This document shows, piece by piece, positions 19,029 to 27,535 of a DNA stretch of 64,000 bases. The stretch spans positions 1,300,768-1,364,767 of the forward strand of contig CBDESR010000005.1 of assembly GCA_965242615.1 (NCBI GenBank), in the 5' to 3' direction. Under the pieces are notes generated by a model. That model had not been told where the DNA came from. It saw nothing but the letters and a program-made list of their open reading frames with translations, and did not search any database. The stretch's first letter is position 1. Each line of letters begins with the position of its first letter. This stretch comes from Dehalococcoidia bacterium (lineage in GTDB: Bacteria > Chloroflexota > Dehalococcoidia > Lucifugimonadales > UBA3495). The position numbers and the translations under genes are program-made.

Positions 19029-19310
19029 GGGTTTCCTCCTTGCCGGAGCGGGATAGAGGCGCGGCCTAATAGTAGTGCGGCTGGGGTTCATCCTTGACCG
19101 GAGCCGGGGCCGGCTTGGCTTTAGCGGCCGGCTTTCCGCAAGGCACAGTGTATCACAAGTTAAGCAAAGGCCGGTCAAGGGCGCTTTCCTTATAATACAA
19201 CATTAAGCCGGGCGGGGTTCGGCACTGGGCGGGCGGTTGCCGTTGGGCTAATGCTTTGCTATTATTGGGCGGGACGGGCGGAAAATCTGACGGCAAAGGA
19301 TGGCAAGGCA

Positions 19311-20009
19311 ATGGCGCAGGATGCGGCGGCGCGGGACTTCGTTAAGTATTCCTTTTATAAGGTGGCGCCGGAGTGGCGGCTGCTGGCACCGGCGGTACGG
19401 GAGCGGAGCAAGGCGGAGTTCGCGGCGGTTCTGGAGGAGTTTGACGACCGGGTGGCTTGGAGCAGCTACAGTATGACGGCGACCCGGGGGGATGTGGACT
19501 TTCTGCTGTGGAAAATCAGTCCGACGCTGGAAGCCATTGACGCGCTGACTGGGCGGCTGAATCATACCGAGTTGGCCGGGTATCTGGATACGCCCCATTC
19601 CTATCTGGCGATGACGCGGCGGTCGCCCTATGTGGCGGAGCATCAGCACCCGGGGCAGGAGGGGACGGGGGCGACGATGCGGATGGTGGGCCGGAAGTAT
19701 CTGTTCGTTTATCCCTTTGTCAAGACGCACGAGTGGTATCAGCGCAGCCAAGAGGAGCGGCAGCGGCTGATGAATGAGCATTTCGAGATTGGGCATCGCT
19801 TCCCGGAGGTGAAAATCAGCACTTCCTATTCCTTTGGGTTGGATGACCAGGAGTTTGTGCTGGGGTTTGAGACGGATGAGCCGGGGGCGTTTCTGGATTT
19901 GGTGATGGCACTGCGGGAGTCGGCGGCGCGGCCCTACACGCTGCGGGACACGCCGATATTTACGGGTTTGCGGAAGTCGGTGCGGGAGTGTTTGGATGGG
20001 GTGGGGTAG
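19311..20009 (+). CDS. Chlorite dismutase-family protein (coproheme decarboxylase ChdC/HemQ-like)
   Basis: ORF 19251..20009, ATG 19311 after AAAGGA. YSFYKV...W, KYLFVYPFVKTHEWY, FGLDDQEFVLGFETD. Confidence 0.8.
   Translation: MAQDAAARDFVKYSFYKVAPEWRLLAPAVRERSKAEFAAVLEEFDDRVAWSSYSMTATRGDVDFLLWKISPTLEAIDALTGRLNHTELAGYLDTPHSYLAMTRRSPYVAEHQHPGQEGTGATMRMVGRKYLFVYPFVKTHEWYQRSQEERQRLMNEHFEIGHRFPEVKISTSYSFGLDDQEFVLGFETDEPGAFLDLVMALRESAARPYTLRDTPIFTGLRKSVRECLDGVG
19841..20009 (+). repeat. Direct repeat copy 1 (3' 169 bp of the ChdC-like gene)
   Basis: 161/169 identical to 22043..22211 in my manual alignment. Confidence 0.9.
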
Positions 20010-20024
20010 GCTAAAGGATACCGC

Positions 20025-21758
20025 CTACCCGGTGGAAGTAGCGCTTTCCGCTACCCGAGCAATGGCATCAAGAACTTCGGTGATTTCCGGGTCGATTTCC
20101 TCGCGGGGTACATACTGGGCCAGTTCGTAAAAGTCCTTCTTGTTCATCAAGTTGGGCAGGTCCAGTTTGGCGAAGTAAGCCCGGAACAAGGGCGTCAGAA
20201 AGTCGTCGCTTACTTTGGTGTCGGCATCCCAAGGGGAGCCTTTGCCGATGGTTTGCAAGGCGCTCTCCACATCCGCAATGGCTTCCCGCATTGCCCGCAG
20301 TCGACGGTCGGCTTCACTGGCGGCAAACAAAGGCTCGGCGGCGTCCCCTTCCGCGGCGGCCCGAGCATAGGCGGTCAGGGTAGACTGGGAACAAAGGTAG
20401 TTCTCAATTTCCCGGCGCCGCCAGGATATAATTTCCAAGCCGTCCCCACTCCTTGCCGGCGGCGTATCCAGCCGGTCGAATATGGCTACTCCTTTCAAGT
20501 CAGGGAGGGCTTCCCGCAAACCATAGTAATGGTTTTGGGCTTTGCTGGGTTGGTTCTCTACATAGGAAACGAAAGCCATCGACAAGGATTTCCGGGCCTT
20601 ATCGTGGCCCAGCTTGAGGGCAAAGGCTTGCAATATCGCCAAGTCGGTGGAACCTTCCAAATAGAGGTTCCAACCGGTCTGTTCGGCTTGGTAATACTGG
20701 TCGAAGCCGATTTCCCGCAGGGATTTCAGAACTTGGCGGCCCCGGTCATCAATGCGATGGGGTTGACCGACGAAAGCGATGACCATATCCCGACCGGCGG
20801 CTTCGTTGAGCAACACTTCGGAGTGACTGGCGGCAATTATCTGGCTGTTGCTGGCGGCGGCTACTTCGCTAATCTGGCGGTAGATTTGCCGCTGGCGCAA
20901 TATCTCGAGATGGGCGTCCGGTTCATCCAGCAAGAGAACCGCGCCGGGGTTGGCGTACATATAAGCCAGGATGAGCAAAGTCTGCTGCAAGCCGCGGCCG
21001 GTGGAGGACAAATCCAGAGCTACGCCGCGCTCTCGGTAGCTCATTACAATTTCGCCCCGTTCCGCTACATAGCGGGGAGCTTCAAGGTCAACGCGAAACA
21101 AATCCTGTATCTGGGCAACCAAATTGGCCCATTGACCGAGCTGCTCGTTGTAAATGCGGAAACATAGATTCCGCAGCACCTCGGCGGTGCGCCCTTCACC
21201 GACCCGGACATTTACCGCACCTACATCTAATCGGGTTTCAGTGGCCGCTAACCCGGACATCGGGGGTAGGAAGGCAATCTGCAACCCCTTTACTTCGGCT
21301 TCCGGAATTTCCATCCGCTCCGAACCCGCAGCGTCAGAGCGCAAAGGGCGGCAATAGAAAGACTCCTCGTTAGCGTAGTCGAACTCCAACCCGCAATTCC
21401 AGTGGAGGTCATTGTTCACCCCGGATACGGTGACATCGATACGCACGTTTTCCGTGTGCTGCTGACCCTGGTTATACTGGCTGTTCCGCACATGGAGTTC
21501 GTACCACAGCAAACGGGCGCTGGGTACGGGAATAGCAACCAAATCCCGGCGGTTGACGGTAATGCCGCGGCTGGAGCCGGCGGCTTTACCGGAGCGGCGT
21601 TCCAGCCACCGTTTCAGGCCAATGTCCCACAGGGCCAAAGCCTGCATCGCTGAAGTCTTGCCGGAGTTGTTAGGCCCGATAAATACTACCGGGTTTCCCA
21701 ACTCGATTTCGACTTCGCCAAGCCGTTTGAAGTTGCGTATGACGATGTTGGTAAGCAT
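20025..21758 (-). CDS. ABC/AAA-type ATPase fused to a Toprim/DUF4435-like domain (OLD-family, PARIS AriA-AriB-like fusion)
   Basis: Walker A GPNNSGKTS (aa 28-36), signature-like LSSTGRGLQQ, Walker B VLLLDEPDAHL, AASHS. C-terminal LYLEGSTDLAILQAFA and WRRREIENYL resemble Toprim/DUF4435. Confidence 0.7.
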   Translation of the reverse strand: MLTNIVIRNFKRLGEVEIELGNPVVFIGPNNSGKTSAMQALALWDIGLKRWLERRSGKAAGSSRGITVNRRDLVAIPVPSARLLWYELHVRNSQYNQGQQHTENVRIDVTVSGVNNDLHWNCGLEFDYANEESFYCRPLRSDAAGSERMEIPEAEVKGLQIAFLPPMSGLAATETRLDVGAVNVRVGEGRTAEVLRNLCFRIYNEQLGQWANLVAQIQDLFRVDLEAPRYVAERGEIVMSYRERGVALDLSSTGRGLQQTLLILAYMYANPGAVLLLDEPDAHLEILRQRQIYRQISEVAAASNSQIIAASHSEVLLNEAAGRDMVIAFVGQPHRIDDRGRQVLKSLREIGFDQYYQAEQTGWNLYLEGSTDLAILQAFALKLGHDKARKSLSMAFVSYVENQPSKAQNHYYGLREALPDLKGVAIFDRLDTPPARSGDGLEIISWRRREIENYLCSQSTLTAYARAAAEGDAAEPLFAASEADRRLRAMREAIADVESALQTIGKGSPWDADTKVSDDFLTPLFRAYFAKLDLPNLMNKKDFYELAQYVPREEIDPEITEVLDAIARVAESATSTG

Positions 21759-21817
21759 AGCGCACGACCATCATGTGGATTATTGGGCCAATTATAGCAC
21801 AGCACAGTATAAAAGCA

Positions 21818-21869
21818 GGGGCGCACCCCGCGGGATGCGCCCCCTAATCCATTGCCGGCTGATGGACTG
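21818..21869. repeat. 52-bp hairpin-containing repeat, copy 1
   Basis: GGGGCGCACCCCGCGGGATGCGCCCCCTAATCCATTGCCGGCTGATGGACTG; 50/52 identical to 35255..35306. Contains the 8-bp stem GGGGCGCA/TGCGCCCC. Confidence 0.9.
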
Positions 21870-22042
21870 CCCTCCCAGCAGGTCGACAGTGGTAACGACA
21901 ACGCCCCTTAATCACTGCGCCGGCTAAGACTGTCCTACCTCATCGCTATTGTTGCTCAGCCCACGGCAAGACAGCCCGAATGCCTGGGGCAGGAGGGGAC
22001 GAGTGCCGCCAGCCTTTTACCACCCTGCGTTGCTGGCTGGCG

Positions 22043-22211
22043 GGATGGACAGGAGTTTGTGCCGGGGTTTGAGACGGATGAGCCGGGGGCGTTTCTGGAT
22101 TTGGTGATGGCGCTGCGGGAGTTGGCGGCGCGGCCCTACACGCTGCGGGACACGCCGATATTTACGGGTTTGCGGAAGTCGGTGCGGGAGTGTTTGGAGG
22201 GGGTGGGGTGA
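22043..22211 (+). pseudogene. Orphan 3' fragment of a ChdC-like gene (direct repeat copy 2)
   Basis: Encodes ..QEFVPGFETDEPGAFLDLVMALRELAARPYTLRDTPIFTGLRKSVRECLEGVG* in frame with its own stop but no 5' part. Confidence 0.85.
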
Positions 22212-22237
22212 TGCAGAAAATTCTGCGTAGGCCAACG

Positions 22238-23236
22238 TCAGAACGGAAGGTCGTCAATATCCCTTTCTGCCCTTGCTACGGGGCGCGCAGGCCGCAACAT
22301 TCGCTCGAAATGTGCCTTCAGGTCTTCCATGACCTCTGGCACGTATTCAGGCAACACGCGTTGCGTCCTGGTTATCAGGTTGACCATATCTTGGAAAGAC
22401 CTCCGGGCCTTCGCAGAATCGCCATCTCTCGCACTTCGATAGGCATCCATACCAAGATCGTAAAGCCAAGGCGAACTCTCTTTAAGATCACTAAGCAGCA
22501 CGAGGAAACCGGGAGCACCCGAGAGCCTCATTGCAATCACCCTAGATTGCTCTGACGAAACGAAATATGACCTTCCTTGCGGTATGCGGAGGGCCATTAC
22601 TTCGTCCAGTCTTGCCGAAAGACGACGGAGTTCCCGACTTTCCAGCCTACTGCCTACAATCTCCACCAAGTTTGACAGTTCGCTACGCACTTCAGATATG
22701 GTGGATAGCATATCTGCTATGGTGCGTTGCTCCGGGTCCTCGCTCTGGCGCAATCGTTGGAGGTCTAGGGCAACTGAGATAGGGGTCTCCAAGTCGTTGG
22801 GGTTGGCTTGCAGAGCCTTGACTTGTTCAGCAATGGACGTCTTCGCTTTCGCCACGTTGTCAAGGTCGTGGAGATCGATAAATACCGTTCGATTTCCTGC
22901 AACGTCAAAAGGTATTTCCTCACCCACCCGTATAATTTGCACGAACGGCTTAACTATGGCGTGGCGGAGGGCCAGTTCATAAAATACATTGGGATTCCGG
23001 TCAGTCAGGTCGGCGATGACAAGGTCGTCATCTACGATATGTTGAATTACCTGGCTCGTAATAATGCCAGGCTTGTCGATCTCGTCAGCCCGAGTAGACA
23101 CGTACCCCAGAGGCTCCACCGCCGGGCGAATGATGTGCTGGAGGACTTGATCGGAGTGCTTGCGGATCTCCGAATCAGGCTCACCAATCGGCGCGATAAC
23201 GAAACAGGACTTGCTGCCAGACTCTACCATCATCAT
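22238..23236 (-). CDS. Hypothetical protein with N-terminal TIR-like / nucleoside 2-deoxyribosyltransferase-like Rossmannoid domain and helical C-terminal half
   Basis: CFVIAPIGEPDSEIR...IIRPA...RADEI..PGIIT..VI..I...DLVIADLTDRNPNVFYELALRHA..KP pattern. Confidence 0.45.
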   Translation of the reverse strand: MMMVESGSKSCFVIAPIGEPDSEIRKHSDQVLQHIIRPAVEPLGYVSTRADEIDKPGIITSQVIQHIVDDDLVIADLTDRNPNVFYELALRHAIVKPFVQIIRVGEEIPFDVAGNRTVFIDLHDLDNVAKAKTSIAEQVKALQANPNDLETPISVALDLQRLRQSEDPEQRTIADMLSTISEVRSELSNLVEIVGSRLESRELRRLSARLDEVMALRIPQGRSYFVSSEQSRVIAMRLSGAPGFLVLLSDLKESSPWLYDLGMDAYRSARDGDSAKARRSFQDMVNLITRTQRVLPEYVPEVMEDLKAHFERMLRPARPVARAERDIDDLPF

Positions 23237-23614
23237 CTCCCGTTCGTCTGCCCTTACCTCTGGTCTTACTGGGGTAAAGATGCCGTAAGAATTTATACGG
23301 CCGCCAGATTTTATTATATGTGATTATCGTATGTCAAGCACATTGTGTCCATTTTATAGCCCCGTGCAAAAATCCTCTAGATTTCTTTTCCGTCCACCAA
23401 TGAAGACGAATTCCGCCGTTTTTCGCAGGAATTGTGACGGGGTGGAAATTTTGTGAAGGAGGAGTATTCTGCCTGTTTGGACTTTTGTTGGGGCGATTTC
23501 TATGACCGAATGGCTTATCCACTTGAAGGAACCAAGTGGTATTCAGACCGCGAGATAGAGTACGTTGTGACATCGATAGGGATTTAACCGTGGCTAGTTG
23601 TCCCGCCCTTTTGC

Positions 23615-24475
23615 CTATGGGCTTAGGCCGAAGGTGTTGATCCAGATGAGGGCTGTGGTACGGGATCGTTCTGCCTCAGATTTGGTTATGTTCCACTCTT
23701 GAGAGATGGCGCTGTAAGCATCCTCATCAGTCTGGCTTGCGGTGGCAAGCACACTTTCGATGAATGGTGATGCTTGCAGGGATAAACGAACCCAAGCGTT
23801 GAACTGCTCCTTGGCCAAGCCGGAGGGGATAGCTAATATCCCGACTTCCCTGATGGCGATTTCCTGTTGCTCGAGCGTAGGAATTTCAAGCCCACGCTGC
23901 TGGTATGCCAACCATAGGTAATCCGGATTTCGGGTGAGCGGCTTCCAGCCATCAAAGGATTCTGCGGTGTCTTGCCGTTCCAGCGGCGTATCAGAATGGA
24001 GGGTCGGGATAATCTGGTTCCAAGCATCGAACTCGGCATCGGAGACTTCGTGGGCTTTCAGGAATAGGAGGTGTTCAAACCATTCCGCGTCAAAGTCGGC
24101 CGGAGGTGGGCAAAGGATTTCCACGTTGCCGTTGCCATAAATGCTCATGCCAGCGTTGGTGAGGTTGGCCGAGCCTACCAAGACATTACTGTCGAAGCGG
24201 TAGTACTTGGCGTGAAGCCGGTTGTGGAGCAAAAAAGTTCCGTTGAGGCCCAGCACGAGAGGCCGGCAAGCCAAGTCAGTTGTTCCGGCTTGGATGTCCT
24301 GCGGAGTCCAGCGCGACACGCAGGTTATGCTGGCATCCGGAGCGATGGAGTTCAGGACAAGCGTCAGCGGTTGCTCCTTGATGTAAGGAGCAACTATGAC
24401 TGCTTCTTGGGCGTTGGCACAGGAAGCAGTTAATATTTCCCAGCAAGTGGGGTTATTCGGGAGAGTCGACGACAC
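23615..24475 (-). CDS. Phospholipase D-family (HxK) nuclease
   Basis: LHAKYYRFDSNVLVGSANLTNAG = HxK(x4)D(x6)GSxN (H88 codon at 24214..24212). GTG start overlaps the upstream stop by 23 nt. Confidence 0.8.
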   Translation of the reverse strand: MSSTLPNNPTCWEILTASCANAQEAVIVAPYIKEQPLTLVLNSIAPDASITCVSRWTPQDIQAGTTDLACRPLVLGLNGTFLLHNRLHAKYYRFDSNVLVGSANLTNAGMSIYGNGNVEILCPPPADFDAEWFEHLLFLKAHEVSDAEFDAWNQIIPTLHSDTPLERQDTAESFDGWKPLTRNPDYLWLAYQQRGLEIPTLEQQEIAIREVGILAIPSGLAKEQFNAWVRLSLQASPFIESVLATASQTDEDAYSAISQEWNITKSEAERSRTTALIWINTFGLSP

Positions 24476-26300
24476 CCTCGTCCATCAGCCTGCTTAAGAT
24501 GCGGCCCCATCGCCGACAAGTGTCTTGGAAATCGACTCGGGTTCGCTGGTCCTGGATTTCGTCTTCCATCCGGGCCAAGGCCAAGATGATAAGCCGGAGG
24601 GCACTGGCCGGGCGGCTGTCTTGCTCGTTGTTTTCCGAGCCAGCCTGGTTTTCCAGGAATTCAAGGTAGTCGTATGCCGGGTGATTGATGTTGAGTTTGA
24701 CCACCAATACCCCGGATTGGGAGGTTTCAACTTCAAACACCGCAGAGCCGCTGAGGCTCGCGTTGATGAACTTGTAACGGTATCGGCGTTCTACCGTTAT
24801 CTGGGCCTGCCTCTGGGCTTCCTCTAACGGGAGTCCCGATTCAGTAAGGTCTTTGGTGAGCTCTTCTATTTTCACGGTGTCTTCCACCGTGTCGAAAAGG
24901 TCATCGGTAGGCGTCCGCTCGGACTCTGAGTTGCGGAGAGCTTCCTCAATTGCTTGAGTGCCCAGTTCTTCCGCTTTTTGAACGGTGGTTACCGAGGAGA
25001 TGTCAACCGGACTGGATGGGCGAGGGCGCTGACTGAATTTGCGCTGGATCTCGCGCATCATATAGCGGACGGTGTTCCGGATATGTTCCGCTATGCCGTA
25101 CAGGTCGGTTTCCAGCCCGTCGGTCTCGTCTCGGGCCTCGGTGTCGCCGCTGTCTGACAAGTTCAGGTCTCGAAGTGCCCTGACAAAATGGGACACCGTT
25201 TGTTTGTTGTGGTCTACTCCGAAAAGGTCGTCGCACCCCTCGTTGAATTTTACTTCGCAGCCCCACCACCGGTTCAAAGGATGTGATCCACCTCCTTGGT
25301 CGGTGGTTGCCATGGTGCGGTCCAGAGTTATCTCGCGGTTTTCCCGAATGATGGAAACTCCCATGTTTTTGTTGGCGTGTTGACCGTAGTCGCGCTGGCC
25401 AGGCAGGTCACGGTAATTGCCTAAGGGTTCGCTTTTGACTAAGGAATACGTGACGGTGACGGTCTCCTCTTTGCCGTCAACTATGACGGTAAAATCCTGT
25501 GTGCGGAGGAGGTCGAACATAGGTTGGGCACCCCAGACTCCTGGGGTGTTTGAGGTTGGCATCAGATAAAGGGGATCGTTAGGTCGGACCTGCGCCTCGG
25601 CTATGATGGTGTTGTCCGGTTCCCAGAAGGAAGCCATCCGAATTGTCAAGGATTGGCTGTTGATGTAATGCCGGTAGATCCGCCCGATTTCCTCCTCGAT
25701 ATGTCGGAATACTGTGTCGGATCGCATAGTGATGCGGTCGATGTCGGACCACACTACCAGGGTGCCGCTGGAACTGACATTTTGTTTGGCTAGTTGCAGC
25801 CATTCTTGCGGGACAGGTTGCCGATCGGGAAAGATTAGGGACTGTTGACCGGCTTCCACTTCTTCTATGGATAGATAGGCGTGGTGGGAGCTGTCGGGGC
25901 CGTCTTGCCAGGACCAGACGTCTAATTTCTTGCACTGGGATGCGGACGACGTAGGCAACCCCATGCCATACTTTCCGATGGTTCTGACGCTTTGGAGAGG
26001 CTTGTGGCCTCCGAAGGACAGGGCTAAGGATAACGTCTCGGGAGACATACCTTCACCATTGTCGAGGACGGCGATTTTTTGAATCCGCTGGACGGTCCTG
26101 GTGGGGCCGGGGACTTGGGCTTCTTTAACCAAGAGTTCTACTTGGGAAGCGTTGGCATCAATGGAGTTGTCGATGAGTTCGGCGATGGCGTTGGCAGCAT
26201 GGGGGTAACGGCTGTCCCGGAGGGCCCTTATGAGCATCGCGGGCTGGAAGATGGGATTTGAGTCCGAGGAGCCGCTTTGGATACTTACGTCGGTTGCCAT
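24453..26300 (-). CDS. GHKL-superfamily ATPase, MORC/paraMORC-like
   Basis: ORF 24453..26477; I prefer ATG 26300 (MATDVSIQ), a 16-nt overlap with the helicase stop. N-box ELIDNSIDA, G1 VLDNGEGM, G2 IGKYGMGLPTSS. Confidence 0.8.
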   Translation of the reverse strand: MATDVSIQSGSSDSNPIFQPAMLIRALRDSRYPHAANAIAELIDNSIDANASQVELLVKEAQVPGPTRTVQRIQKIAVLDNGEGMSPETLSLALSFGGHKPLQSVRTIGKYGMGLPTSSASQCKKLDVWSWQDGPDSSHHAYLSIEEVEAGQQSLIFPDRQPVPQEWLQLAKQNVSSSGTLVVWSDIDRITMRSDTVFRHIEEEIGRIYRHYINSQSLTIRMASFWEPDNTIIAEAQVRPNDPLYLMPTSNTPGVWGAQPMFDLLRTQDFTVIVDGKEETVTVTYSLVKSEPLGNYRDLPGQRDYGQHANKNMGVSIIRENREITLDRTMATTDQGGGSHPLNRWWGCEVKFNEGCDDLFGVDHNKQTVSHFVRALRDLNLSDSGDTEARDETDGLETDLYGIAEHIRNTVRYMMREIQRKFSQRPRPSSPVDISSVTTVQKAEELGTQAIEEALRNSESERTPTDDLFDTVEDTVKIEELTKDLTESGLPLEEAQRQAQITVERRYRYKFINASLSGSAVFEVETSQSGVLVVKLNINHPAYDYLEFLENQAGSENNEQDSRPASALRLIILALARMEDEIQDQRTRVDFQDTCRRWGRILSRLMDEGVVDSPE

Positions 26301-27535
26301 ATTTGCTCCCAGTTCTGGAAGGCTTCGGTTATCGAACCGAATTCCAGTAGTTTGGAGTCGAGCAGGGTATAAATCTGACACCTGCGGTTTCCGCCGGATC
26401 GTTCGCCCCGCATCGCCCGTCCTATCATCTGGGAGTATAGGACGAGAGATGTAGTTGGTCTGGCGACTATTACGCAACTGGTGCGCGGAGCATCAAAGCC
26501 TGCGGTTAATACGCCATAGTTTAGCAAAGCCATCGCCTCGGAGTCAATACTCCGGAAGCGGTCGATCGTTGATTGGCGTTGCTCCGATGGGGTACTACCA
26601 GTGATGCTTTCGGCGTGATGTCCCATCCCATTCAGGATGCCGGTGCAGTGATGGACGCTGGCCAGGGATGGGCAGAACACTATGACCCGGCGATGAGTGA
26701 CCAGTGCCCGGGAGGTTACCCGGATTATTTCCTGCTGCCAATTGGGGTCTTGGCCGATTTGGCGTAGGGTTGACCCGGAGTAATCTCGATCCTCGGACAC
26801 ATTCTGAAGCGGCAAGGTCGAGGTCAAGGATATAGGTGTGAACTGTGGGGCAGCCAAGTACCCATTCTTAATGAGATAGGTTACCGGATCAGGGTGTCCT
26901 TTTGGGTCTATAGTTACCTTTTGGAAGTTGAAAAACTCCGCTAGTTGCTGGTCCTGCTCCCCGGGTGTTGCAGAGCGTCCCGGCGTTGCCGTGAGTCCCA
27001 GCAAAGGCGGCTCATAGGTGAGGAGTTGCTTTGTGACGAACTGATAGGTGTTGGCAATGGACTGATGGGCTTCGTCAAATATCACCGCTGCAGCGCGGTC
27101 TGCCAAGTTTATGAGCAATTGCTGGTTGCTCCCGGATACGGAGTAGAGCTTGGCCAATCCAGTAACCAAGAAGCCGGGTTCGTAAGCAATGTCTCTGGCG
27201 TCTCCCCAATAGCGTTGGATGTGGGCCGGGCGGTTGCCCAAATACGACCAAGCAGTCGCGAGATTTTCTGCCGCTTGTTCGCACAGCTCCTCGCTGGCCG
27301 CCAGCCAGATCAGGATTTTTCCTTCGTTGGCCTTCTGGTTCAGAATGTGGCAAGCCACGTGGCAGGCCAACCGGGTCTTGCCGGCGCCGGTAGGCAGATG
27401 GGCAATGGCTCGGGGGCCTGTCCCGAAACGGGGCGGTGTAGTAGGGCACAGGAAATCAAGCAGGTCGTGCATGACCTGCCTCTGATAGGGGTACAGCTGG
27501 TAATTGGGTTGGACTACGTTCGGATTAGATACCAC
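26285..27535 (-). CDS. SF2 DEAD/DEAH-box helicase
   Basis: LPTGAGKT (Walker A), VIFDEAHQS (motif II), GLTATPGR (III), QMIGRAMRG (VI). Confidence 0.85.
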   Translation of the reverse strand: MVSNPNVVQPNYQLYPYQRQVMHDLLDFLCPTTPPRFGTGPRAIAHLPTGAGKTRLACHVACHILNQKANEGKILIWLAASEELCEQAAENLATAWSYLGNRPAHIQRYWGDARDIAYEPGFLVTGLAKLYSVSGSNQQLLINLADRAAAVIFDEAHQSIANTYQFVTKQLLTYEPPLLGLTATPGRSATPGEQDQQLAEFFNFQKVTIDPKGHPDPVTYLIKNGYLAAPQFTPISLTSTLPLQNVSEDRDYSGSTLRQIGQDPNWQQEIIRVTSRALVTHRRVIVFCPSLASVHHCTGILNGMGHHAESITGSTPSEQRQSTIDRFRSIDSEAMALLNYGVLTAGFDAPRTSCVIVARPTTSLVLYSQMIGRAMRGERSGGNRRCQIYTLLDSKLLEFGSITEAFQNWEQIWQPT

